A stretch of 64,000 nt of DNA from Macrostomum lignano (taxonomy: Eukaryota), in contig NIVC01000750.1 of assembly GCA_002269645.1 (NCBI GenBank), forward strand, positions 129,915 through 193,914. Direction: 5' to 3'. Position 1 is the stretch's first letter. Every line of letters begins with the position of its first letter. Under the pieces are notes generated by a model. That model worked only from the letters and a program-made list of their open reading frames with translations. It searched no databases and was not told the DNA's origin. Below, in pieces: positions 1 through 12,754 of the stretch. The translations under genes and the position numbers were made by a program.

Positions 1-165
1 CGAGGGATCTGGGGTGTCCGAGGGATCTGGAGTGTCCGAGGGATCTGGGGTGTCCGAGGGATATGGGGTGTCCGAGGGATCTGGGGTGTCCGAGGGATCT
101 GGGGTGTCCGAGGGATCTGGGGTGTCCGAGGGATCTGGGGTGTCCGAGGGATCTGGGGTGTCAGA
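1..165. repeat. 18-bp minisatellite CGAGGGATCTGGGGTGTC
   Basis: About 9 tandem copies, truncated by the window start. Confidence 0.95.
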
Positions 166-599
166 GATCCAAACAGGTCCATTAGACAGGCCACTCCAAA
201 CTCACAAATAGTACAAGCCCCAGGACAGCGCCCATTTCCCTCCAAGTTCTTGCCGGGGGAAATCAGGCGGGCAGGCGAGAGCCCAAAGAAGAAAAAAACT
301 GGAGCATCTTCTTCAAGACGGCAGGACATGCTCAGGCATGCAATAACCGTGTCGCTGAACTGGAAAAATGACTGATTTGGACTGGGGGGAGAGGGCGTGC
401 TGCTCGCGAGCCTCTGTCTCTCCCTTCGCCACTCCTTTCTGCTGCTCCACGTTTTCTTCAGAAATTTAAGGCGCAGGATTTTTCTAGGAAAGCAATTAGT
501 TATCATACACTGAGGGCTGGACTGATTTGGAATAAATGCGGAGGAGTAGTCGCTAACTGGAGATTGATGAAGGCTAATTGGTTAAATTTGAAACAAGAG

Positions 600-981
600 C
601 AGAGAGATTAGATGCGATGAGACAGGATGAGATAAGACAGGATGAGACAGGATGAGACAGGATGAGACAGGATGAGACAGGATGAGATGAGACAGTGGGA
701 CAGGATGAGATGAGACAGTGGGACAGGATGAGATAAGACAGGATGAGACAGGATGAGACAGGATGAGACAGGATGAGACAGGATGAGATGAGACAGTGGG
801 ACAGGATGAGATGAGACAGGATGGGACAGGATGAGATGAGACAAGAGGAGATGAGACAGGATGAGACAGGATGAGATTAGACAAGAGGAGATGAGACAGG
901 ATGAGACAGGATGAGATTAGACAAGAGGAGATGAGACAGGATGAGATTAGACAAGAGGAGATGAGACAGGATGAGACAGGG
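600..981. repeat. GATGAGACAG-based 5/10-bp repeat
   Basis: Direct reading. Confidence 0.9.
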
Positions 982-1154
982 TTTAGCTTCAATCTGACTC
1001 CCCAGTCCCGATTTTGGCTATCTAAAAATTTGCAAAAAGTACGAAAATCGAACGGAAATAATTAAGAATTTAAGTGGAACTCGAGCCAACCGAAAGTCAA
1101 TTCTCCAAGACCCATTTCGCCCCAGAGATCTGGCACGCCTGACATTTGACTTAC

Positions 1155-2460
1155 CTGACAAGCAGGAAGTAAACCTCCGGCCGCGTTGAAATCTCCTTAA
1201 ACAGGTTAACAAACTCTGAGCTACTCAAACGACCGCGGGAAGAGATTGCGTTAGCGATGTCCACCTCCTGGATTTGTGGCGAATAGGAAGAAATTTTTAT
1301 GGTGGGCTGAATAGGATAAAAATCACCAGTGACTAGGCTGAATGCAATGGGATCTTATTGGGATAAAATTCCCCTAGAACTAGGCTGAATGCAATGGGAT
1401 CTTATTGGGATAAAAATCACCAGTGACTAGGCTGAATTCAATGGGATCTTATTGGGATAAAATTTCCCTGGAACTAGGCTGAATGCGATGGGATCTTATT
1501 GGGATAAAATTCCCATGGAATATGATGAATGCAATGGGATCTTATTGGGATAAAATTCCCATGGAATATGATGAATGCAATGGGATCTTATTGAGATAAA
1601 ATTCCCCTGGAACTAGGCTGAATGCAATGGGATCTTATTGGGATAAAATTCCCCTGGAACTAGGCTGAATGCAATGGGATCTTATTGGGATAAAATTCCC
1701 CTGGAACTAGGCTGAATGCAATGGGATCTTATTGGGATAAAATTCCCCTGGAACTAGGCTGAATGCAATGGGATCTTATTGGGATAAAATTCCCCTGGAA
1801 CTAGGCTGAATGCAATGGGATCTTATTGGGATAAAATTCCCATGGAATATGCTGAATGCAATGGGATCTTATTGAGATAAAATTCCCCTGGAAATAGGCT
1901 GAATGCAATGGAATTTTATTGGGATAAAATTCCCCTGGGACTAGAATAATGCAATGGGATCTTATTGAGATAAAAATCCCAAGGAAAAGGAAGCAATGAT
2001 GCAAAAGCAAAGAACCGTTACCCTCACCTTCAACTTCTTTTTAATCCTGGAGGTGTTGACGCCGCTGTTGAGTTTCTTCATCAGCTGGATGACGTCCTGC
2101 TCATCGAGAAATCCGTCTTCGTCTAGTGAAGCGGCTGAGAACACTTCTTCAAGCCATCTAGCAATGTTATTTATTGGTAAACTAATTTTTATGTCTACTG
2201 TCAATATGACTACCATATTTGGTAAGTGATGAGTGCATCTTGACTGCATCTTGGCAAATACGGACAAAGTTGACTCACCTGTCGCGCATGAGTTGCCGTT
2301 TCTCAATTGTATCACTTGCTAAAATAAAAGTACAAATAAACCGGTTAGCAAGTTTTAGTGACCGATTTGCTGCGTATTCTAATTTATTAATGACTAACTG
2401 ACAAACAAACAGACACTAGGATGGACACTGACAGGCACTAAAACACAGACAGACAGACAC

Positions 2461-2539
<79 letters not shown>

Positions 2540-2550
2540 CACATACACTA

Positions 2551-2639
<89 letters not shown>

Positions 2640-2696
2640 CCCACACAGACACTAAGACAGACAGACAGACAGACACCTACACAGACACTAAGACAA

Positions 2697-2727
<31 letters not shown>

Positions 2728-2964
2728 CCCACACAGACACTAAGACAAACAGACAGACAGACACCCACACAGACACTAAGACAAACAGACAGACAGACAC
2801 CCACACAGACACTAAGACAAACAGACAGACAGACACCCACACAGACACTAAGACAGACAGACACCCACACAGACAGACAGACAGACAGACAGACACTAAG
2901 ACAGACAGACACCCACACAGACAGACAGACACCCACACAGACAGACAGACAGACAGACACCCAC

Positions 2965-2995
<31 letters not shown>

Positions 2996-3076
2996 CCCAC
3001 ACAGACACTAAGACAAACAGACAGACAGACAGACACCTACACAGACACTAAGACAAACAGACAGACAGACACCTAC

Positions 3077-3107
<31 letters not shown>

Positions 3108-3348
3108 CCCACACAGACACTAAGACAAACAGACAGACAGACACCCACACAGACACTAAGACAAACAGACAGACAGACACCCACACAGACACTAAGACAA
3201 ACAGACAGACAGACACCCACACAGACACTAAGACAGACAGACACCCACACAGACAGACAGACAGACAGACAGACACTAAGACAGACAGACACCCACACAG
3301 ACAGACAGACAGACACCCACACAGACAGACAGACAGACAGACACCCAC

Positions 3349-3379
<31 letters not shown>

Positions 3380-3468
3380 CCCACACAGACACTAAGACAA
3401 ACAGACAGACAGACACCCACACAGACAGACAGACACCCACACAGACAGACAGACAGACAGACACCCAC

Positions 3469-3499
<31 letters not shown>

Positions 3500-3560
3500 C
3501 CCACACAGACACTAAGACAAACAGACAGACAGACACCCACACAGACAGACAGACACCCAC

Positions 3561-3591
<31 letters not shown>

Positions 3592-3640
3592 CTAAGACAG
3601 ACAGACACCCACACAGACAGACAGACAGACAGACACCCAC

Positions 3641-3671
<31 letters not shown>

Positions 3672-3676
3672 CCCAC

Positions 3677-3707
<31 letters not shown>

Positions 3708-6700
3708 CCCACACAAACAGACACAGTAAAACGCGGTCACGCACACAGCTGCCCAGGCCGGCCATTGATGAGGCAGGTGAGGCCGGTGACCCACACGTTA
3801 GCGTCGTCAAGGGACACGGCGACAAGGTCCATGGACAGGAAGTCCTCGCCGTAGATGACGGTGAAAGCGCAGTCTGCAGGGTAGGCGGCGGCAACTTCGC
3901 TGTCCTTCAGGATGGCCGACGTGCGGCCGCGGCGAACCTCCTTGAGCTGGTCGATTGGCACTGGAAAGGAGGGAAAGAACACAAAAGGTGAGATCTATAT
4001 ATTCATATATTAGAAATCAAAAGTACATTCCATACACCTCTAACACACCCAACATTTTGTTTTAATTAACTCCATTTATTACTCTTTGCAATAATATATG
4101 AATCTATAAAATAATAAGCAAATATTAGCGAAAAATCAGCGAAGAGCAATGATTTATTACTTTCTACACGCTAATACACCAAGGGTAGAGTAAAAATGAA
4201 TTATAGACTTCTTCAGACGGAGTGAGAGACTTAAGCGGGGCTCGTGAGCTAGGGGAGGCCATAGAAAGACAAACATTAAACTGGGAAGCGAGTGGACGGA
4301 GTCAAGGACACCCTGAACTAAAGTCTGGAAGTGCCAACTGTTTCCCATGACCTCTTCGAGTTTCGAGCTTGTGAATATTCGAGCTGGTGAATTTTAAGCT
4401 TGTGAAGATTCGAGCTTGTGAAGATTCGAGCTTGTGAAGATTCGAGCTTGTGAAGATTCGAGCTTGTGAAAATTCGAGCTTGTGAAGATTCGAGCTTGTG
4501 AATATTCGAGCTTGTGAATATTCGAGCTTGTGAATATTCGAGCTCGTGGATATTTGAGCTTGTGAAGATTCGAGCTGGTGAATTTTAAGCTTGTGAAGAT
4601 TCGAGCTTGTGAATATTCGAGCTTGTGAAGATTCGAGCTTGTGAAGATTTGAGCTCGTGGATATTTGAGCTTGTGAAGATTCGAGCTCGTGGATATTCGA
4701 GCTTATAAAATGCTTCCATCGGTATCCAAGGATTTTTAACTTATATCAAGTTTATGCCACATGCACATAAGACAAATTTGCGCTCCAGATTTTATTTTAG
4801 AGATGTCCTTGACCGAGTGCAAGCCAGTGCTAGCTCAGCCTCTCTACACGCTGAGCACTTCCGCGTGAGTGAGCTCAAATTGCCTACATCTTTTAGAGCC
4901 TCTTACCCTCTCTCCCGCCTGTCTCTCAGCTCTCTCGTGTCGGCGAGAGCATTCCAGCGCTACTTGATTTTAGTTTCTGCTTACATACTTGGGGCCGGCG
5001 GCCAGCACTGGCTTGCATTGTATCGAATTAATTTCTCATGGCTGCTGCCCACATAAATTGAAGTTGGCCAGACTGATAGAGCGCTGTGTACTTTAAAATG
5101 AACAATCAGCATGCTTCACTGCGTGACGGGAGACAAAATTCTCAATATGAGTAATGTAGATGTTGTGATTGACAATATTCCCGATACTGTAAGCCCGAAT
5201 TCCCATACTGTAAGCCCAGATCCCCATATTATAAGCCCAGATCCCATACTATAAGCCCGAATTCCCATACTGTAAGCCCAGATCCCCATACTATAAGCCC
5301 AGATCCCATACTATAAGCCTGAATTCCCATACTATAAGCCCAGATCCCATACTATAAGCCCAGATCCCCATACTATAAGCCCAGATCCCATACTATAAGC
5401 CTGAATTCCCATACTGTAAGCCTAGATCCCATACTGTAAGCCCGAATCCCCATACTCTAAGACCAGATCCCCATACTGTAAGCCCAGATCCCTATACTGT
5501 GAGCCCAGATCCCATACTGTAAGCCGGAATCCCCATACTATAAGCCCGAATCCCCATACTGTAAGCCCGGATCCCCATACTGTAAGCCCAGATCCCATAC
5601 TGTAAGCCCGAATCCCCATACTGTAAGCCCAGATCCCCATACTGTAAGCCCAGATCCCCATACTGTAAGCTCAGATCCCTATACTTTAAGCCAGCCCAGG
5701 TCCCCATACTGTAAGCCCAGATCCCACGACCTCTCCCGTACTCCTTCAGCCTTGCAGAAGCAGTGGCAGCCCATAATAACAGAGGCAATTCATTTGGCAC
5801 TTGATTACGCCTCATCAATCCCGCCTTATTCCAATTCCAGCCCAGCATCCGCTCCAGGCATTCATAAATCATTGTGTCATTATCCATTTCCTGAGTAGAT
5901 TTCTCACACTAGCGATATCAGATGTATTCTCGCTGTGGAAGATGTAGATGTCCATAATTACTCGTAGGCGTTACGCGGGAGTTGCAGTGCAGAATCCTCC
6001 TTGTGTCAGTAGATCCCGCAGCAGTAGACAGATTATCGGATCAGCAGTTGACAACTTTTCTTACTTTGCTCTCGAGGGTTTATTTGCTCACTGGGGAGGC
6101 TTTTGGGAGGATCAATGCTCTAATTTATTGCCCTTACATTTCTCACACTCTTATTACATCAGACATCCTATATACTAAAAATCTCAGTCTAAATCTATCA
6201 ATAGATCTACTTCTGGATGTCCCTTTAGATGTCCTTTAGATGCTCTATAGACCTCCCTATTAATAATCCTTCAGATGTTCTTATAAGTCTCCCTCTAGAT
6301 GTCCCTCTAGATGTTCCCCTAGATCTTCCCCTAGATTTCCCTCTAGATCTTCCCATATATCCCTCAAGATGTCCCTCTAGATCGCCCCTAGATCTCCATC
6401 TAAACTACACTCTAGATGTCTTTTAGATGTCTCTCTAGCGTCCCTCTAGATCACCCTGTAGATGTTCCTCTACAGTAGATGACCCTCTAGATGTCCCTCT
6501 AGATCACTCTCTAGATGCCCCTCTAGATGCCCTTCTAGATGTCCTTCTAGATGTCCCTCTAGATCGCCCCTAGATCTCCATCTAAACTACACTCTAGATG
6601 TCTTTTGATGTCTCTCTAGCGTCCCTCTAGATCACCCTGTAGATTTTCCTCTACAGTAGATGACCCTCTAGATGTCCCTCTAGATCACCCTCTAGATGCC

Positions 6701-9700
6701 CCTCTAGATGCCCTTCTAGATGTCCTTCTAGATGTCCCTCTAGCTCTCTCCCTGGACAATTCAAATACGATACAATAGCAAATTATAACATTTTTTACTT
6801 TATTTCCCGAATATTGAAACTGTCAAAAGAAGTGGCCATCTTTAGTCACAATGAAATCTAAAAGTACTAAAAATTCTTTTGAGCTGGCTTTCTGTGGAGC
6901 TTCCAGAGACACAAAAGCAAAGTTAAGAAGAGACTTGGCCCGATGGGGCGCGGGCTATTCTCATGCGAGCGCCAAGGTTGAATAAATACTCACGGTCTCC
7001 TTCTTCCCTGCGTGCCGGTGTTAACACTAAACTGATAATACAATATCAAGCTCAGCCTCTCTTTGAATTTCTATGCACACATTGAGTCTCTGCTTTCATA
7101 TGCGCGACCGAGGTAGAAATTTTTTCTTGTAGGAAGCTGGTATAGTGCAAAGCAATACAATGATGAGAGCGATAGAGTGGATTGCTAATCTAGCATATAA
7201 CGGAAGGCAATAGAATGGATTGCTAATCTAGCATATCAAGGATGAGAGGGAATAGAATGGATTGCTAATCTAGCATATCACGGATGAGAGGGAATAGAAT
7301 GAATCGCTAATCTAGCATATCACGGATGATAGGGAATAGAATGGATTGCTAATCTAGCATATCAAGGATGAGAGAGAACAGAATAGATTGCTAATCTAGC
7401 ATATCAAGGATGAGAGAGAACAGAATAGATTGCTAATCTAGCATATCAAGGATGAGAGAGAACAGAATAGATTGCTAATCTAGCATATCAAGGATGAGAG
7501 AGAACAGAATAGATTGCTAATCTAGCGGCCGCTAGCCTATCACGGATGGGAGGAGCATTGCACAATTCTTAGTATATAGCATAAAGGATCTACCGTGCGT
7601 AAAATGTAGCACCAGAAATCAAGGCCCAGCTTCATCAAAGGAAGGCGAATCTAATTTCCGAAATGGCAAACAAGTACAGTCCCTTGCTAGCAGAGACTGC
7701 AGCTGGAGGCCGTGACCCGAGCTAGAATAGTAATTGCAGCTGTAAAGGGCTAGATTAGTGGCTGGGGACAGGATCAATGGATAGGCAAAGGTTTTTTCGA
7801 TCGCAGCAACCCATCTAGTCCCTGCCAAACACTCAATCTATTTTATCTTGTCCTTGTAGTTCATGCAGAACGGACAGAGAATGGAAACTACGTTTAACAA
7901 TCACAGAATAACAGGAAGGCGCACTGGACTGATTGCAGCGTGTTGCTGCCTATCCATGCGTCTGTCTGCTGGACTGTGCCCAAATATTTTATAAGGCGCT
8001 TGTAGGAGTGGGTGTGCGAAGTGGGGTGGGTGTGCGGAGTGGGGTGGGTGTGTGGAGTGGGGTGGGTGTTCGGAGAGGGGTGAGGGTGCAGAGTGGGTGG
8101 GTGTTCGGAGTGGGGTGGGTGTGCGGAGTGGGTGGGTGTTCGGAGTGGGGTGGGTGTGCGGAGTGGGGTAGGTGTTCAGAGTGGGATGGGTGTGCGGAGT
8201 GGGGTGGGTGTTCGGAGAGGGGTGAGTGTGCGGAGTGGGGTGGGTGTGCGGAGTGGGGTGGGTGTGCGGAGTGGGATGGGTGTGCGCAGTGGGGTGGGTG
8301 TTCAGAGTGGGATGGGTGTTCGCAGTGGGGTGGGTGTTCGGAGAGGGGTGAGTGTGCAGAGTGGGATGGGTGTGCAGAGTGGGGCGGGTGTGAGATACTA
8401 GATGCTGCATTTAATGTACCCAAAAATGATTTAATTAAAAGAACTCACATTTCGCTTTCTGTCTCTTCTTAGAAGACGGATGCCACCGAATTTCCATGGT
8501 CTCAGTGTCCAAAAAGAAGAAGCGTTTAAAGTGTCGACCGCTAGACCGAATCTTCAGCAATTCGGTGCCGTCGCGCATGTAGTTGACGCAATCGGGCGCT
8601 GGTTAATGGCATTAAGGAAAAGGGGCAGCACAGTAAAATACTCGTATTCTTTCGCAAAAAAGGCGACACACAGCGTCTTTTATGACCCGCGGTATACCGG
8701 CTAGTTTATGGTTTATAAGATTCTGGACACAGTTGTTAGCAATTAGGTAAAGCAAAATAAATGTACGAAGACAGGGTGCTGTGTCACATGCCCGGACGAA
8801 GGACTACAATGAAGGGATAGTGATAAAAGGATCGTGATGAAGGGATCATGATCAAGGGATTGTGATCAAGGGATAGTGAGTGACGAAGGGATAGTGATGA
8901 AGGGATAGTGATGAAGGGATAGTGATGAAGGGATAGTGATGAAGGGATAGTGATGAAGGGATAGTGATGAAGGGACCGTGATGAAGGGATTGTGATGAAG
9001 GGATAATGATGAATGAAGGGATTGTGATGAAGGGAGAGTGATGAAGGGATTGTGATGAAGACTTTATGATAAAGGGATTGTGATGAAGGGATAGTGTTGA
9101 GGGGATAGTGATGAAGGGATTGTGATGAAGGGATTGTGATGAAGGAAGAGTGATGAAGGGATTGTGATGAAGAATTAGTGATGAAGGGATAAGGCGCGGC
9201 GCTAATGCCTGAAGCAATATCTGGTCGATAATGCCCACATAAACCCCAATACAACATGCGCACATATAACTACTAAAAACTCGGTTCAGCCTGTCAGACA
9301 AGAATGATAATCAAAGTCTTTCGGGATAGCCGCTGTCACAATATCCGCGAGTGGGAGGCGGCTAGCGTTTGATATATGCATTAACATCGTGAGCCAACCG
9401 CCGTATCGCTATACTGCCTACATTATAATATCACAATACATTATCGATTAGCGGCAGAGCCTTCAAGCTGCAAATCTTCCGTCTCGGACGCGGCCCCCGC
9501 TATCCGCACTAAAAAATCATCATTTTTGTCCCCGGGCCAGCCAAGTCTATTTATTTAGCTGTCTGCCCTTCTATCCATCAATGTTTTAAAGTACTTTTGT
9601 GGGGATGAGCGAACTCGACTGCGTTATGTCAAGTTAACTCAGGACCATTTTTATGAGTAAAAAGTTTTTTCAGTGAGTGAGTGAGTTAGTGAATGAATGA

Positions 9701-12700
9701 GTAAATGAGTGAGTGAGTGAGTGAGTGAGTGAATGAATGAGTGAGTGAGTAAGTGAATGAATGAGTGAGTGAATGTGAGAATGAGTGAGTAAATGAGTAA
9801 GTGAATGAGTGAATGAGTGAGTGAATGAGTGAGTCAGTGAGTGAGTGAGTGAGTGAGTGAGTGAGTGAGTGAGTGAGTGAGTGAGTGAGTGAATGAGTGA
9901 GTAAATGAGTAAGTGAATGAGTGAATGAGTGAGTAAATGAGTAAGTGAATGAGTGAATGAGTGAGTAAAGGAGTGAGTCAGTAAGTGAGTGAGTGAATGA
10001 ATGAGTGAGTGAATGTGTGAATAAACTAGTGAGTAAGTGAGTGAATGAGTGAGTGAGTGAGTAAGTGAGTGAGTGAATGAGTGAGTAAATGAGTAAGTGA
10101 ATGAGTGAATGAGTGAGTGAATGAGTGAGTCAGTGAGAATATGTAAATGAGTACGAGGGTCACTCAGAAAGTTCTTAGCTTGAACACGAAAACAGCAACA
10201 AATGAACTAAAAAACGACTACAAGTGCTCAAAATACTCTCCACCGGCATTGATACAGGCTTGCATCCTGTGAAACCAGCTGTCGAAGCACTGCCGCCAAT
10301 CCTCATCCCGGAGCTCCTCGATGATGTTTTTAAACTCATTCACAGCTTCTTCCGGTGAAGAAAAGACCTGGCCCTTCAGAATCTCCTTGCACTTCGGAAA
10401 CAGAAAAAAGTCGCACGGTGCCAGGTCTGGACTGTAAGCAGGGTGAGTCATCAGCTGGACCCCACAGTCAGCCAGAAACTCCAGAGTTTGAGCCGCCGTG
10501 TGCGCGCTGGCGTTGTCGTGGTGCAGAAGCACCCCACGCATTCCGCACCTTGGGCGCCTCTGGCTCACAGCAGAAAAGACCTTGGGCAGGCAAACCGTTG
10601 TGTACCAGTCAGCGGTGACTGTCTGGCGATCTTCAAGTGAAACGGAAGCCACATGCCCAGTGCGCATGAAGAAACAGGCCACCATCTGCTTGCCGACACT
10701 CCGGCTGCGTCGAAACTTGGTGGGGCTGTCCTCGTCTCCAAAGGTCCACATGGCTGACTGGCGCTTGCTTTCGGGGTCGTATTGATAAATCCAGGTCACA
10801 TCGCCCGTGAGGATGTCCCAGATACGCCGGCTGGTCCCGGATTCGAATTTCTGCAGCATGAATCGGCACCAAGCCACCCTGGTGTCCTTCTGCACGTCCG
10901 ACAGCTGATGGGGGATCCACCGGGAAGCCAGCTTCCGCACTCCAAGGTGTTCGTGCATAATGGCGTGCACACTCCCCGATCCAATACCGATCTCCTGCTG
11001 GATCTGCTGGTAGGTCACTCGCCGGTCAGCGGCAATCATGCTGGACACAGCGCAGATATTTTCTGGAGTCACTGCGTCACAGGGTCTCCCGGATCGATGT
11101 TCATCTTCGAGGCTTTCTCGACCTCGGCGAAACTCAGCGAACCAGTTTTTGACGGTTGCGTATGAAGGACATACATGGGTGAAAACGTTCTGTAAAGTTT
11201 GATACGATTCGGCCGGCGACTTGCCTTGCTTGAAGTGCAGGTACATCATTGCTCTGAAGTCGCGATTTTCCAGCTTCATTGTTGAATTGAAGATCTCAGG
11301 GGGGTGAACTGACTTTAACTCGCTGCAGTGGACTCAAAAGTGGCTGCTTCTGTTTGAAATTTTTGCTGCGATACTTTTAAAAGTTGGTCTTTACCATAGA
11401 CAAATTTCATGCTTCTACGTCTCGTGGATCCTACTCAGGCTAAATACTTTCTGAGTGACCCTCGTAATGGCGCAAGTAAAATGTAAGCTGTTAATTACAC
11501 AAAAGTTTCCAAAAGCTGAACTCCAGCGAACAGATAAAAACGGGAATTTATTGAACTTTAGAGCCCACTTTGCTCGGTGGAGATCTTATCTTAAAAATTT
11601 TCCTGAGAAAATCGCTCCAAAACGAGTTCGAGTTTCAAAAAGCTGTCACGCCCAAAACCCCCTCATCCACTTCTACCCCGTGTCCCAGACTCCTTCCTCA
11701 TCTCGCCAAGATGGGGATTTCCGCGCCAACGAACTTCCCGGTTGGCTGAGTCAATAAAACGCGCGCATATAAAAGTGCGGACGCCGCGGGAAGAAAGGCG
11801 AAGGCTAAAAATGGGAGGAAAAAAACGAAAGACTCTCCCGACCGGGCTGATCTTATCTACGGTTGCCATGCCATCCTTCCTGATATCTTTTCAGGGTCAT
11901 CCATTCCGCAGAGTTTTTCTTTCAAGTCTTGAGTTCTTTTTTTCTTCAAAAAATTGACTTTGCTCAATTCCGTTAGCTTTGAGTCTCCCCTGTCAGGCCA
12001 AAAAACGATCGCTTATACTCGCAGCTGTCTACCCAGCAAGACTACTCAGATGACCTAATCTAGAAGAGCAGTTGTCTATCCAGCAAGACTACTCAGATGA
12101 CTTAATCTAGAAGAGTAGCTGTCTACCCAGCAAGACTACTCAGATGACCTAATCTAGAAGAGCAGTTGTCTACCCAGCAAGACTACTCAGATGATCTAAT
12201 CTATAAGAGCAGCTGTCTACCCAGCAAGACTACTCAGATGCCTGATCTAGATGAGTAGCTGTCTACCCAGCAAGACTACTCAGATGCCTGATCTAGATGA
12301 GTAGCTGTCTACCCAGCAAGACTACTCAGATGACCTAATCTATAAGAGCAGCTGTCTACCCAGCAAGACTACTCAGATGACCTAATCTATAAGAGTAGCT
12401 GTCTACCCAGCAAGACTACTCAGATGACCTAATCTAGAAGAGTAGCTGTCTACCCGATAATAATCTACTCAAATAAGCAGAGAAAACTGGTCAAATATCG
12501 AAGCTCTACTCACCATCGATAACGCGAATTCCCTTGTCAAAGGACGATGAAAGAAATGACACAGATTTTTTCTGTGTTGGCGTTGGAGATGAGACACTGC
12601 TGCCTCCGCTACCAGGGTCTTGACACTGCGACTTCAACAGGCCTTGAAGTTTGCCTGTACGAGCTTGAGCTATTGGAGTTGATGATGATGTTGAAGCTGA

Positions 12701-12754
12701 TGGAGTACCTAAAGCATCTGCCATGTCATTGCCATTGCCATTTGCATCCATCAT
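1155..12754 (-). CDS. PLCL: Phospholipase C-like protein (PRIP/PLCL1-2 type), 5' six coding exons; gene continues beyond window start
   Basis: Exons 12754-12514, 8598-8449, 3960-3745, 2318-2279, 2157-2028, 1267-1155 join with GT-AG sites and consistent phases. Translation: QKKSVSF (RVxF-like), PH domain [43 protein letters not shown]...[10 protein letters not shown]...[19 protein letters not shown]...[10 protein letters not shown]-hand region RDRWLEEVF...DEDGFL...[11 protein letters not shown], closely matching recalled PLCL1/2. The catalytic X/Y domains are not in the window. Confidence 0.9.
1325..1978. repeat. 47-bp minisatellite CTAGGCTGAATGCAATGGGATCTTATTGGGATAAAATTCCCCTGGAA
   Basis: About 14 copies filling most of PLCL intron 5. 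Confidence 0.95.
2443..3724. repeat. (ACAG)n satellite with ACACCCAC and CACTAAG variants
   Basis: Fills PLCL intron 3; source of the VCLS-type ORFs. Confidence 0.97.
4353..4705. repeat. 16-bp minisatellite TTCGAGCTTGTGAAGA
   Basis: About 20 copies; core shared with the MITE at 48144. Confidence 0.93.
5175..5725. repeat. 20-21-bp minisatellite CCCAGATCCCCATACTGTAAG
   Basis: Direct reading. Confidence 0.93.
6205..6745. repeat. ~12-bp repeat CTAGATGTCCCT with higher-order duplication
   Basis: Direct reading. Confidence 0.88.
7165..7525. repeat. 42-bp minisatellite GATTGCTAATCTAGCATATCAAGGATGAGAGAGAACAGAATA
   Basis: About 8 copies. Confidence 0.92.
8003..8392. repeat. G-rich 18-bp minisatellite CGGAGTGGGGTGGGTGTG
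   Basis: Starts ~55 nt into PLCL intron 2. Confidence 0.93.
8808..9192. repeat. 14-bp minisatellite GTGATGAAGGGATA
   Basis: Direct reading. Confidence 0.93.
9672..10151. repeat. (GAGT)n/(GAAT)n microsatellite
   Basis: Abuts the mariner TA site. Confidence 0.95.
10154..11464 (-). mobile_element. Full-length mariner (Tc1/mariner, D34D) DNA transposon, 1311 bp, in PLCL intron 1
   Basis: TIRs begin CGAGGGTCACTCAGAAAGT (19 bp identical, ~28 bp with 3 mismatches), with TA on both flanks (10152-10153, 11465-11466) and a single transposase ORF. Confidence 0.96.
10218..11279 (-). CDS. Mariner transposase, 353 aa, uninterrupted
   Basis: HTH N-terminus, [30 protein letters not shown]; exactly 34 residues between the second and third catalytic Asp. 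Confidence 0.96.
   Translation of the reverse strand: MKLENRDFRAMMYLHFKQGKSPAESYQTLQNVFTHVCPSYATVKNWFAEFRRGRESLEDEHRSGRPCDAVTPENICAVSSMIAADRRVTYQQIQQEIGIGSGSVHAIMHEHLGVRKLASRWIPHQLSDVQKDTRVAWCRFMLQKFESGTSRRIWDILTGDVTWIYQYDPESKRQSAMWTFGDEDSPTKFRRSRSVGKQMVACFFMRTGHVASVSLEDRQTVTADWYTTVCLPKVFSAVSQRRPRCGMRGVLLHHDNASAHTAAQTLEFLADCGVQLMTHPAYSPDLAPCDFFLFPKCKEILKGQVFSSPEEAVNEFKNIIEELRDEDWRQCFDSWFHRMQACINAGGEYFEHL
12020..12455. repeat. 47-bp minisatellite GCTGTCTACCCAGCAAGACTACTCAGATGACCTAATCTAGAAGAGTA
   Basis: About 9 copies starting ~55 nt after the PLCL exon 1 donor. Confidence 0.95.

Noticed and set aside
2438-3794. VCLS-type Cys-rich ORFs (also at 15633, 44567, 57390)
   Set aside because: Microsatellite translations within introns or intergenic DNA.
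5700-6160. Short unique ORFs in PLCL intron 2 (5492-5887, 5948-6178, 5982-6239)
   Set aside because: No recognisable motif or consistent splice structure, and not needed for the PLCL protein.
8675-8705. CGGTATACCG palindrome followed by CTAG|T as a Helitron 3' end
   Set aside because: The hairpin-to-CTAG spacing is atypical and there is no matching 5' end without spanning a host exon.
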